Origin: Candidatus Omnitrophota bacterium
GTDB taxonomy: Bacteria; Omnitrophota; Gorgyraeia; Gygaellales; Profunditerraquicolaceae
Reading direction: 5' to 3'
Assembly (NCBI GenBank): GCA_035402765.1
Contig: DAONDX010000004.1
Location: 43,317 to 107,316 of the forward strand
Length of the DNA: 64,000 nucleotides
Each line of letters begins with the position of its first letter. The first letter of the stretch is position 1. Shown piece by piece: positions 32,334 to 40,982 of the stretch. A program made the translations under genes and the position numbers. The notes under the pieces were generated by a model, which worked only from the letters and a program-made list of their open reading frames with translations, did no database searches and was not told where the DNA came from.

Positions 32334-32531
32334 TACCCGATTAACTTTCTACCGCAGCATTTTGTAGATTCAAGATGTTGAAAGCGTTGTTTTGGCGACG
32401 TAGCCCCGTTATTGGGGATCGGATACGTTGCTTCCGCAACCAGAGGTCAGAAAAAATATTAACCAGATAATTTATCGAAGTAGGAATTGGTAATTTAAAT
32501 CGCCAAAACCAAAAGAAGGGGGATTAAAGAC

Positions 32532-33428
32532 GTGCCATCAGACTTAATCAAGCAACTTTTAGAAGCAGGTGTACATTTTGGTCACCAGACGAAACGCTGG
32601 AATCCCAAAATGAAGAAATTTATTTTTGGTTCAAGGAGCGGTATTTACATTATTGATCTGGAAAAAACCGAGGAGTGTATTAATGCCGCCCGGGATTTTT
32701 TAACTGAGATAACCTCCAAGGGAGAGTTCGTCCTTTTTGTGGGGACTAAAAAGCAGGCTCAGGATGTGATTAAGCAGGAGGCGATCCGCAGCGGGATGTA
32801 TTATGTTACCGACCGTTGGCCGGGCGGGATGCTGACTAATTTCGCGACCATCAAAAAGAGCATCAATCGGCTTAAGGAAATCGAAAAAATGCGCGTCGAT
32901 GGAACATTCGAGAAATTAACCAAGAAGGAAGTTGCCCGCCTGGAAAAAGAATTGGCTAAGCTTAATAAGAATTTCTCCGGGATTGTTCCCATGGAACGTA
33001 TGCCTAAGGCGGCTTTTATCGTGGATACTAAAAAAGAAGAGACCGCGGTTGCCGAAGCAAGGCGTTTGGGTATTCCGATTATCGGGTTAATCGATACTAA
33101 CTCTAACCCGGACCTGGTAGATTATCCTATCCCGGGTAATGATGATGCTACTAAATCTATTCGCACGGTAGTTACGCTTATCGCCGACACGATCATTGAA
33201 GGCAGGAAGAAATTCTTGTCTTATCTGGCTCAGGAAGGGGTTAAAGTAGAAGAGGCTAAAGCTGCGGCTGAGATTTCTACAGAGGTTCTTCCGGAAGAAG
33301 AGGTTAAAATTAAAGAAATTGAAGAGATTGTCGAAGATAGCCAGCCGACAGATGAAGCGGCAGCGGTAAAAAGGGCGCATTTGAAGTCCGCTGTGGAAAT
33401 TAAACCAAAACTTAAGAAAAAAAGTTAA
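32532..33428 (+). CDS. rpsB: 30S ribosomal protein S2
   Basis: GTG start. [19 protein letters not shown] signature. 298 aa with a charged C-terminal extension. Confidence 0.9.
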   Translation: MPSDLIKQLLEAGVHFGHQTKRWNPKMKKFIFGSRSGIYIIDLEKTEECINAARDFLTEITSKGEFVLFVGTKKQAQDVIKQEAIRSGMYYVTDRWPGGMLTNFATIKKSINRLKEIEKMRVDGTFEKLTKKEVARLEKELAKLNKNFSGIVPMERMPKAAFIVDTKKEETAVAEARRLGIPIIGLIDTNSNPDLVDYPIPGNDDATKSIRTVVTLIADTIIEGRKKFLSYLAQEGVKVEEAKAAAEISTEVLPEEEVKIKEIEEIVEDSQPTDEAAAVKRAHLKSAVEIKPKLKKKS

Positions 33429-33457
33429 CTTTATTAATCAGAAGGGGTAATTTTAAA

Positions 33458-33982
33458 ATGAAGAATTCGGTTACGGCAATTAAAGAATTAAGAGATCTAA
33501 CCTGTGCCAGCGTTGCGCATTGTAAAAAGGCTTTAGAAGAGGCCAAAGGCGACATCAAGCAGGCAGTGATATTATTGCGTAAGCAAGGCTTGGAGATTGC
33601 CGCTAAAAAACAAAGCCGCGCGGCTAAAGAAGGCAGGGTTGATTCCTATATTCATCACGGCAATAAAATCGGAGTTTTAGTGGAGGTTAACTGTGAGTCG
33701 GATTTTGTGGCCAGAAATGAAGATTTTATGAAATTTACTAAAGACCTGGCGATGCAGATTGCCGCGGTCAGCCCGGAGTATATCAAAAAAGAAGATGTCC
33801 CGGAAGAAGTTTTAAAACATGAAAAAAATAAAGAAGACTATTATAAAAATAGTTGTTTATTAGAGCAGGTTTTTGTGAAAGATCCTACCCTGAAGATCAA
33901 AGATTATTTGGGTAGCATTGTATCAAAATTGGGCGAAAATATTGTTATCCGCAGGTTTATCCGCTATAAGATCGGTGAATAA
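33458..33982 (+). CDS. tsf: Translation elongation factor Ts (short form)
   Basis: N-terminal UBA-like motif [30 protein letters not shown]. 174 aa. Follows rpsB as in the conserved operon. Confidence 0.8.
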   Translation: MKNSVTAIKELRDLTCASVAHCKKALEEAKGDIKQAVILLRKQGLEIAAKKQSRAAKEGRVDSYIHHGNKIGVLVEVNCESDFVARNEDFMKFTKDLAMQIAAVSPEYIKKEDVPEEVLKHEKNKEDYYKNSCLLEQVFVKDPTLKIKDYLGSIVSKLGENIVIRRFIRYKIGE

Positions 33983-34704
33983 TGGTAAAACCGGTTTACA
34001 AAAGGATAGTCCTTAAACTTAGTGGGGAGGCGCTTCAGGGTAAGCAGACGCATGGCATCGACCCGCAGGTGCTTTTGACTATTTCACGCCAGATTAAGGA
34101 TGTCCGGGATATGGATGTGGATGTCGCTGTGGTTTTAGGCGCGGGTAATATTTTACGCGGCCAGGAGAATACCGCCTGCCGCGGACTGGGCCTGGACCGT
34201 AGTGTTGCGGATTATATGGGGATGCTGGCGACTGTGATTAACGGGCTTTCCCTGCAGGATGCGCTGGAGAAAACCGGCGTGCCCACGCGCGTGATGACGG
34301 CGATCGAAATGCAAAGGATCGCCGAACCTTATATTAAAAGAAGGGCCATCCGCCATTTAGAAAAAGGGCGCGTAGTGATCTTTGTGGCCGGAACCGGCAA
34401 TCCTTATTTTACCACGGATACCGCGGCAGCTTTACGGGCGATGGAAATTAATGCTGATGCTATTTTGAAAGCGACGAAGGTTGACGGGGTTTATTCAGCG
34501 GATCCGATGAAGATAAAGAATGCCAAGAAATTTTCTCAATTAAAATATATCGATGTACTTAAAAAAAGTTTGAAAGTGATGGATGCTACCGCGATCAGTT
34601 TATGCATGGATAATAAATTACCGATCGTGGTTTTTAACCTTAATTGTGTAGGTAATATTAAGCGTGTGGTTTTAGGCGAGAAAATTGGTACGGTTGTACG
34701 CTAA
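33982..34704 (+). CDS. pyrH: UMP kinase
   Basis: [13 protein letters not shown]-terminal motif and [17 protein letters not shown]. 240 aa. Confidence 0.9.
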   Translation: MVKPVYKRIVLKLSGEALQGKQTHGIDPQVLLTISRQIKDVRDMDVDVAVVLGAGNILRGQENTACRGLGLDRSVADYMGMLATVINGLSLQDALEKTGVPTRVMTAIEMQRIAEPYIKRRAIRHLEKGRVVIFVAGTGNPYFTTDTAAALRAMEINADAILKATKVDGVYSADPMKIKNAKKFSQLKYIDVLKKSLKVMDATAISLCMDNKLPIVVFNLNCVGNIKRVVLGEKIGTVVR

Positions 34705-34721
34705 AGGAAAGGAAAGCTGAC

Positions 34722-35282
34722 ATGTCGATTAAAGAAACAATCAATAGCACCGAAGAAAAGATGAAAAAGGCCTTTGAGTCGATGAATCGCCAGTTTCATG
34801 AAGTCAGGACCGGCAGGGCTTCTCCAAGTTTAGTGGAGGGTTTGCATATTGATTATTATGGTACTCCGACTATGTTAAAACAGCTGGCCGCCATTTCGGC
34901 GCCGGATGCGCATCTGATTGTGATCCAACCTTGGGATGTTACTGCGATTGTCGAGATCGAGAAAGCCATCCTGAAATCAAACTTGGGGGTTAGCCCTTCA
35001 AATGACGGAAAAATAATCAGGATTACGGTTCCGCAGCTGTCTAAAGAGAGGCGTTTGGAGATGGCTAAGCTTTTGCATAAAATGTCCGAAGACGGACGGG
35101 TATCTTTGCGTACAATCAGAAGAGATGCCAGGGAAATTGTTGAAAAGATGGAAAAAGATAAGATTATTTCTGAAGATGAAAAATTCCGCGGTATTGATGA
35201 GTTGCAAAAGATCGTGGATAAATATATTGTTAAGATTGACGAACTTCTAAAAGCTAAAGAGAAGGAAGTTCTTGAGTTTTAA
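34722..35282 (+). CDS. frr: Ribosome recycling factor
   Basis: 186 aa with RRF-like sequence throughout (...VRTGRASPSLVEGL..., ...SKERRLEMAKLLHKMSEDGRVSLRTIRRDA...). Confidence 0.9.
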   Translation: MSIKETINSTEEKMKKAFESMNRQFHEVRTGRASPSLVEGLHIDYYGTPTMLKQLAAISAPDAHLIVIQPWDVTAIVEIEKAILKSNLGVSPSNDGKIIRITVPQLSKERRLEMAKLLHKMSEDGRVSLRTIRRDAREIVEKMEKDKIISEDEKFRGIDELQKIVDKYIVKIDELLKAKEKEVLEF

Positions 35283-35368
35283 GTTATAAACTTTAGGCGG
35301 TAAGCTAAAACTTATAACTTACAGCTTAAAACTAACCTTAGGATATTTAATTTGGATTTAGATCTTTA

Positions 35369-35388
35369 TAGATTTGGGCCTCTAGCTC
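35369..35388 (+). repeat. 20-nt direct repeat of the tRNA-Lys 5' end (tagatttgggcctctagctc); second copy at 35440-35459 inside the real gene
   Basis: Exact 20-mer found twice, 71 nt apart. The upstream copy is followed by a nested hairpin (cctctagc...ccgcca/tggcgg...gctagagg) rather than a tRNA body. Confidence 0.7.
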
Positions 35389-35446
35389 GCCCGCCATTGG
35401 ATCGTTGGCGGATTTCGCTAGAGGTAAAGAATGAAAACCTAGATTT

Positions 35447-35519
35447 GGGCCTCTAGCTCATCCGGTAGAGCACCACACTTTTAATGTGGTTGTGCCGCGT
35501 TCGAGTCGCGGGAGGCTCA
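35447..35519 (+). tRNA. tRNA-Lys (anticodon TTT)
   Basis: Manual cloverleaf fold: acceptor GGGCCTC/GAGGCTC, D-arm GCTC-ATCCGGTA-GAGC, anticodon arm CCACA-CTTTTAA-TGTGG, T-arm CCGCG-TTCGAGT-CGCGG, discriminator A. CCA is not encoded. Confidence 0.85.
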
Positions 35520-35614
35520 AATAAATTTCATAGTCAGGTAACGCGGCCGCCGCGTTCTCCCGTTAGCATAAAATAGAGGCGGGATTCCGCCCTAAGGTTT
35601 ATTGAGAGGGCGGA

Positions 35615-35631
35615 GAGTCGCGGGAGGCTCA
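35615..35631 (+). repeat. 17-nt direct repeat of the tRNA-Lys 3' end (gagtcgcgggaggctca); the original is at 35503-35519
   Basis: Exact 17-mer duplicated 96 nt downstream of the tRNA end. The intervening segment contains a perfect palindrome aacgcgg-ccg-ccgcgtt and a ggcgg/ccgcc hairpin. Confidence 0.7.
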
Positions 35632-35749
35632 TAAAATTTTTGCGTAAGCAAAAATTACTCCGAGCGATACCAAAAATGTGTTTATTTCACTGCAACATTT
35701 AGGTGTAAGCGAGGAGCAAAGTTTATTTGTTGGTGGAGAGGAAATATCC

Positions 35750-35831
35750 GGGCGGATGGCGAAATTGGCAGACGCGATAGCCTTAGGAGCTATTGGGGTA
35801 ACCCTTGGAGGTTCAAATCCTCTTCCGCCCA
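35750..35831 (+). tRNA. tRNA-Leu (anticodon TAG)
   Basis: Acceptor GGGCGGA/TCCGCCC, Leu-type D-arm GCG-AAATTGGCAGA-CGC, anticodon arm ATAGC-CTTAGGA-GCTAT, long variable arm TGGGGTAACCCTT, T-arm GGAGG-TTCAAAT-CCTCT. 82 nt. Confidence 0.8.
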
Positions 35832-36125
35832 TAAAAATTTTACTACGTAAAATTTTTACACCGGACGTTTCAAATAAATTTATTAAACCGTTTGATATAG
35901 GCTTAGTCCGGTGGGCAAGTAAGCTAAGTAATTGATAAGCACTAGCGAACAACGTGGCACCGGCGTCTTAGATTATTAAAAGCTAAGGAAAGGGTAACAG
36001 GGCGCCGCAGGCGACCGCCATAGGGGAAACCTTAGGTTGGAGTGAGCGTTGTAATTAAATAAATTTACTGCGAGCGACGCAGTACCCCGCGTCTAGTGGA
36101 ATTGCGCGGGTACGCAATACGTATT

Positions 36126-36202
<77 letters not shown>

Positions 36203-36297
36203 TTTAAATATATCAGATTGATTTTGTACGCCGCAAAGATTGGCGGATTAAATTCATCCCGTGATATATATGGGATACATTTACAAAGGAGTAAAAA

Positions 36298-36768
36298 ATG
36301 CAGATAATGGATTTTCTCTCAAAGAAAGCTATTCTCACTGACATAAAATCTACCAGCAAGGAAGATGTAATTAAAGAAATGGTAGATTTTTTAATTGAAG
36401 CCGGTGATGTAGAAAAACGTAATCGTAATAAGCTCATTGAAGCTTTGATGTCCAGGGAGGCTTTAGGATCGACTGCTATCGGCCAGGGAATTGCCATCCC
36501 GCATGCTAAATGCGACTGTGTGGATAAACTGGTTGCAGCTTTCGGTCTTTCTAAAAAAGGCGTGGATTTTGATTCTCTGGACGGTGAGTTAGCTTATATT
36601 TTCTTTTTACTGGTTGCCCCGCAGGATTCCGCCGGTCCGCATCTTAAAGCTTTAGCTAGAATATCTCGTCTCTTAAAGGATAAATACTTCCGCGATACCT
36701 TACGTACCTGTCTGGATGAAAAATCCGTAATTAAGGTTATCACGCAGGAAGATGAAAAAAAGATTTAA
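36298..36768 (+). CDS. ptsN: PTS EIIA(Ntr)-type regulatory protein (PtsN-like, fructose/mannitol IIA family)
   Basis: GIAIPHAK with the phosphorylatable His. 156 aa. Clustered with ptsH and ptsI, with no permease domains. Confidence 0.75.
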   Translation: MQIMDFLSKKAILTDIKSTSKEDVIKEMVDFLIEAGDVEKRNRNKLIEALMSREALGSTAIGQGIAIPHAKCDCVDKLVAAFGLSKKGVDFDSLDGELAYIFFLLVAPQDSAGPHLKALARISRLLKDKYFRDTLRTCLDEKSVIKVITQEDEKKI

Positions 36769-36865
36769 TCTAATTGTCTTTATTTAGCCAGGTCCTTAAA
36801 GCGTAAACAGGATAAGCCCACAGGATCATCCTTTTAGCTGCATAACTTAAGAACATATTTTTAAA

Positions 36866-38107
36866 ATGAAAGCCAAAGCTAGCGATATTTTAAAATGGTT
36901 TTATCCCGGGATCGGGATTAAGCGCTGGGTAGGTCTAGGCGCTTTTGGCGTGGTGCTTTTAATTCTAGGCACGGCTAATTTACGTAGCGAAGAATTTTGG
37001 CTGATCCAAATTTTGGATGCGGTGATTGTTATCTCCGGAATTATAATTTTAATTTTGGGGATAAAAAGGATGATGCGTTCTTTTATCGCTATTTTTGTTC
37101 CTTCATCCAGAGGCACGGAATTAATCGATATTTTATATCAGAAAAAACAGTTAAGCCGTGGTCCGCGGATCGTTACCGTGGGCGGAGGCACAGGATTGTC
37201 GGTCCTGCTAAGCGGTTTAAAAAATTATACTTCCAATATTTCGGCTGTAGTTACGGTGGCCGATAGCGGAGGTTCTAGCGGGCGCTTGCGTCAACAATTC
37301 GATGTTTTGCCTCCCGGGGATATACGTAACTGCCTGGTGGCTCTGGCGGATGCACCGACTTTGATGCGTGATCTTTTTCAATTTAGATTTGACGGTAACT
37401 CAGAATTCTCGGGGCACTCCTTCGGCAATCTTTTTCTTACGGTAATGACTCGCCTGACCGGTGATTTTGAAAAGGCGATTAAAGAGACCAGTAAAGTTTT
37501 AGCCCTGCGCGGGCAGGTTATCCCTTCGACATTAGGCGATGTTTCATTGGTGGCGCATTATTTAGATGGGACTACGGTTATCGGAGAGGATCAAATCCCC
37601 AAGGCCAGAAAGGCGATTGACCGGGTCAGCCTTACCCCTGAACAATTACTGGCTACTCCGGATGCGATTAAGGTAATTAAAGAAGCCCAAATCATTGTTT
37701 TGGGTCCGGGTTCTTTGTATACCAGTATAATCCCGAATTTGTTAATTAAGGAAATCACCCAGGCGATTACCGAATCTGAAGCCGTTAAAGTTTATGTTTG
37801 TAATGTGATGACTCAGCCCGGTGAAACCGACGGTTACAGCGTTTCCGACCATATTAAAGCGCTGCTTAAACACAGCCACGAGCAGATCCTGGATTATTGC
37901 GTAGTGAACAATGGTGAAGTTCCGGCTGAAGTTTTAAAGCGTTATTCTCAAGATAATTCGCGTTTAGTGGTCAATGACCGTAAGAAGATCGAAAACCTGG
38001 GGTATCGGGTGGTGGAGGAAGATTTTACTATGATCCAGGATGGAGTGATCCGCCATGACGCGGAGAAGCTGGCTAAAATCATTTTAAGTTTTATTGAAGA
38101 GATATAA
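36866..38107 (+). CDS. YvcK/UPF0052 (CofD-like) gluconeogenesis-factor family protein with an N-terminal two-TM extension
   Basis: Core PRIVTVGGGTGLSVLLSGLK...VVTVADSGGSSGRLR...DIRNCLVALAD matches YvcK/CofD. The first about 100 aa are hydrophobic (two predicted TM helices), which is atypical for the family. Confidence 0.75.
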   Translation: MKAKASDILKWFYPGIGIKRWVGLGAFGVVLLILGTANLRSEEFWLIQILDAVIVISGIIILILGIKRMMRSFIAIFVPSSRGTELIDILYQKKQLSRGPRIVTVGGGTGLSVLLSGLKNYTSNISAVVTVADSGGSSGRLRQQFDVLPPGDIRNCLVALADAPTLMRDLFQFRFDGNSEFSGHSFGNLFLTVMTRLTGDFEKAIKETSKVLALRGQVIPSTLGDVSLVAHYLDGTTVIGEDQIPKARKAIDRVSLTPEQLLATPDAIKVIKEAQIIVLGPGSLYTSIIPNLLIKEITQAITESEAVKVYVCNVMTQPGETDGYSVSDHIKALLKHSHEQILDYCVVNNGEVPAEVLKRYSQDNSRLVVNDRKKIENLGYRVVEEDFTMIQDGVIRHDAEKLAKIILSFIEEI

Positions 38108-38109
38108 TT

Positions 38110-38379
38110 ATGCCATTAATTAAAAGAGAACTGATTGTAAAAAATAAACAGGGTCTGCACGCCCGGCCGGCTGCCGTATTTGTGCAGATTGCTAATAAAT
38201 TCGATGCCCGGATCACCGTGCGTCATGATGACGAAGAGGTGAACGGTAAATCGATTATGGGTATTTTGATGCTGGGAGCGGAGAAGGATAGCTTAATTGT
38301 GGTAGAAGCTGATGGGGCGGATGCCGAGGCTGCTTTGGGGGAGCTGGAAAAACTAATTAGTAGCGAGGAAGAATTATGA
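38110..38379 (+). CDS. ptsH: Phosphocarrier protein HPr
   Basis: NKQGLHARPAAVFV with active-site His15. 89 aa. Confidence 0.85.
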   Translation: MPLIKRELIVKNKQGLHARPAAVFVQIANKFDARITVRHDDEEVNGKSIMGILMLGAEKDSLIVVEADGADAEAALGELEKLISSEEEL

Positions 38380-40106
38380 TTCAACTAAAAGGTATTGCCG
38401 CAGCAGGCGGTATAAGTATCGGGCCGGCTTATCTGCTGGGAAAAGAGGAATTGGTTGTTTCGCGGGAAGCGATCGGTTGGTCAGAAATCCCGGCGCAGAT
38501 CCAACTTTTTGAAGAAGCCTTGATCCAGACCCGCCGCGAGATTATTGAGCTGCAAAAAAAGATTAATTTAGACATGGGCCAGGAGGAGGCGCAGATCTTT
38601 GATGCGCATCTGCTGGTGTTGGAAGACCGGATGCTCATTGAAGAAGTGATCAGCCGTCTTAAAAAAGAGCAGCTGAATGTCGCCTATATTTTCTCCGACG
38701 TTTTAAAGAAATATATCAGCGTGTTTTTAAAAATTGAAGATGAATACCTTAAAGAGCGTACCGCCGATATTAATGATGTCGGCAAAAGAATACTCAGGAA
38801 TCTGCTGGGAAAAAAGAAAAAAGGTTTAGATGATGTCGGGGCCCGGACAATTATTGTGGCGCATGATATTTCTCCTTCGGATACGGCGGCCATGCATACC
38901 AAGAATGTTGCCGCTTTTGTTACGGATATGGGAGGTAAGACTTCGCACACTGCGATTATGGCCAAGTCTTTGGAGATCCCTGCCGTTGTGGGGTTGGAGG
39001 GGATTACGGCTAAGGTTGATCCGGGAGAAATACTGATCGTCGATGGCTCAACGGGGATCGTGATTATAGATCCCGATGAGGAAACGCTTAAGAGCTACCA
39101 GCAAAAACTTGAGAATTTAAAAGGTATCGCGGATAAGTTTTTATCGGTTAAAGATCTATCGGCCGTGACTACTGACGGCCGGATGATTGTGATCAATGCC
39201 AATATCGAATTTCCGGATGAAGTTCCTAGCGCCAAATTACACGGAGGCCAGGGGATCGGTCTCTACCGGACGGAGTTTTTTTATATGAACCGTCAAGATT
39301 CCCCAACTGAAGAGGAGCATTATCAAGCTTATAAATATGTGGCTGAAACAATGAATCCGTATTCGGTGGTTATCCGTACTTTGGATATCGGCGGGGATAA
39401 ATTTTTATCGCAATTTAACATTCCGCATGAGATGCAGCCGTTTTTAGGATGGAGAGCGATCAGGTTTTGTTTAGCCCGGCCGGATATTTTTAAATTGCAG
39501 CTGCGGGCAATCTTGAGGGCTTCCGTACACGGGAATCTTAAGTTAATGTATCCGATGATTTCCGGGGTTGAGGAGTTGCGCCAGGCAAATCAGTTCCTTA
39601 GTGAAGCTAAAGAAGAGTTAAGGAATAAAGGTTTAAAGTTTAATGATAAAATCGAGGTAGGGGTAATGGTGGAAGTTCCCTCGGCAGCCATGACCGCGGA
39701 TATTTTGGCGGCTGAGGCGGATTTTTTCAGTATCGGTACAAATGACCTGATCCAGTATTCGTTGGCGGTTGACCGCAGCAATGAAAAAGTTGCCTATCTC
39801 TATGATCCGGCGCATCCGGCAGTCTTAAGATTGGTTAAGAATATTATTGATGCAGCGCATCAGTCTAAAATTAAGGTAGCGATGTGTGGAGAAATGGCCG
39901 GCGAGCCATCTTTAGCGATTATTCTTCTCGGCCTGGGTTTGGATGAGTTTAGCTTGCCTCCGCAGGTGATCCCGGAATTAAAGTATATAATTCGCGCTAT
40001 CGGTTTTAAAGCTGCTCAAGAAATTGCGGTGGCAGCGCTTAAACTTTCGACCGGTAAAGAGGTTGAAGAGTTTTCACACAAAAAGTTAGATGAAATTCTA
40101 AAATAA
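38376..40106 (+). CDS. ptsI: PTS enzyme I (phosphoenolpyruvate-protein phosphotransferase)
   Basis: GGKTSHTAIMAKSLEIPAVVG phospho-His region and a C-terminal PEP-utilising TIM barrel (GTNDLIQYSLAVDR, CGEMAGEP). 576 aa. Confidence 0.9.
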   Translation: MIQLKGIAAAGGISIGPAYLLGKEELVVSREAIGWSEIPAQIQLFEEALIQTRREIIELQKKINLDMGQEEAQIFDAHLLVLEDRMLIEEVISRLKKEQLNVAYIFSDVLKKYISVFLKIEDEYLKERTADINDVGKRILRNLLGKKKKGLDDVGARTIIVAHDISPSDTAAMHTKNVAAFVTDMGGKTSHTAIMAKSLEIPAVVGLEGITAKVDPGEILIVDGSTGIVIIDPDEETLKSYQQKLENLKGIADKFLSVKDLSAVTTDGRMIVINANIEFPDEVPSAKLHGGQGIGLYRTEFFYMNRQDSPTEEEHYQAYKYVAETMNPYSVVIRTLDIGGDKFLSQFNIPHEMQPFLGWRAIRFCLARPDIFKLQLRAILRASVHGNLKLMYPMISGVEELRQANQFLSEAKEELRNKGLKFNDKIEVGVMVEVPSAAMTADILAAEADFFSIGTNDLIQYSLAVDRSNEKVAYLYDPAHPAVLRLVKNIIDAAHQSKIKVAMCGEMAGEPSLAIILLGLGLDEFSLPPQVIPELKYIIRAIGFKAAQEIAVAALKLSTGKEVEEFSHKKLDEILK

Positions 40107-40112
40107 GATGAA

Positions 40113-40185
40113 CCCCGCACCTTCTAATTATTCAACTGTTAAGGTCGCAGGGTTTAATGAATTGATCAAGAGAGAAGGTGCGGGG
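40113..40185 (+). promoter_or_regulatory. Long stem-loop (13-bp perfect stem ccccgcaccttct / agaaggtgcgggg, about 47-nt loop) that sequesters the RBS and GTG start of the downstream nucleotidyltransferase gene
   Basis: 5' arm at 40113-40125 and 3' arm at 40173-40185. The GAAGGTG Shine-Dalgarno lies inside the 3' arm, and the GTG start at 40185 overlaps the last stem base. Confidence 0.4.
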
Positions 40186-40922
40186 TGAAGGCATTAATTT
40201 TAGCTGCCGGTTACGCAACCCGGCTTTATCCTTTAACAAAGAAATATCCTAAGCCGCTCTTAGAGGTTAAAGGCAGGCCGATTATCGATCATATTATTGA
40301 AAAATTAGAATCTGCAGGCGGGATCAGCGAGATTTACGTGGTAACCAACAGCAAATTTATCGCGGATTTTAGAAAATGGGTCAAAACCGTAAAGACCTCT
40401 AAAAAAATTACTTTAGTTAATGATTTGACAAAAAATAACCGGGATAGGCTGGGGGCGATCGGCGATATAAATTTTGTGATTAAAAAGAAAAAAATCCGGG
40501 ATGACCTTTTGGTGGTCGGCGGAGATAATTTATTCAGCGGTTCTTTGCCGGGATTTTTGGATGTGGCGGTAAAAAATATTGCTCCGGTAAGCATCGGTTT
40601 GTTCAAATTAAAGCGCAAAAAAGATGCCAGCCGCTACGGCGTAGTTAAACTGGATAAATTAAAAAGAGTAATTAATTTTACCGAAAAGCCCAGGCATCCG
40701 GAGTCAAGCCTGGTGGCAATGTGTTTGTATTACATATCCAAGAAATATTTGAACTTGATTAATGTCTACCTGCGGGATAAAAAAATAAAAGCTGACGCTA
40801 CCGGAAGCTACATTGCCTGGTTAAAAGATCGGGTTTGGATTTATGGCCATGTTTTTAACGGGTCTTGGTTTGATATCGGCGATTATAAATATTTAAACCA
40901 GGCTAAAGAAATATTTGTTTAA
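40185..40922 (+). CDS. Sugar-phosphate nucleotidyltransferase (NTP_transferase family)
   Basis: MKALILAAGYATRLYPLTKKYPKPLL N-terminal signature of G1P nucleotidylyltransferases. 245 aa. GTG start. Confidence 0.7.
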   Translation: MKALILAAGYATRLYPLTKKYPKPLLEVKGRPIIDHIIEKLESAGGISEIYVVTNSKFIADFRKWVKTVKTSKKITLVNDLTKNNRDRLGAIGDINFVIKKKKIRDDLLVVGGDNLFSGSLPGFLDVAVKNIAPVSIGLFKLKRKKDASRYGVVKLDKLKRVINFTEKPRHPESSLVAMCLYYISKKYLNLINVYLRDKKIKADATGSYIAWLKDRVWIYGHVFNGSWFDIGDYKYLNQAKEIFV

Positions 40923-40982
40923 TAAAAGAAACCTTTTTCTTAAATAAACTGGCAAAAGGTTAATAAATGAAAGGGGAAAGTT

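Noticed and set aside
35369-35631. Genomic island or prophage integrated at tRNA-Lys (att-like direct repeats)
   Set aside because: The duplicated tRNA-end segments are only 71 and 96 nt from the gene, and no integrase or cargo is present. This was treated as a scar or structured element (see the finding), not a mobile element.
35629-35952. Tool ORFs 35629-35952 (-) and 35678-35935 (+) in the tRNA cluster
   Set aside because: They overlap a cleanly folding tRNA-Leu(TAG) gene and have no RBS or protein-like composition. They are spurious.
40923-40982. Possible SAM riboswitch upstream of metK
   Set aside because: The intergenic region is only 60 nt and contains just an AT-rich 8-bp hairpin. 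It is too short for any SAM riboswitch class.
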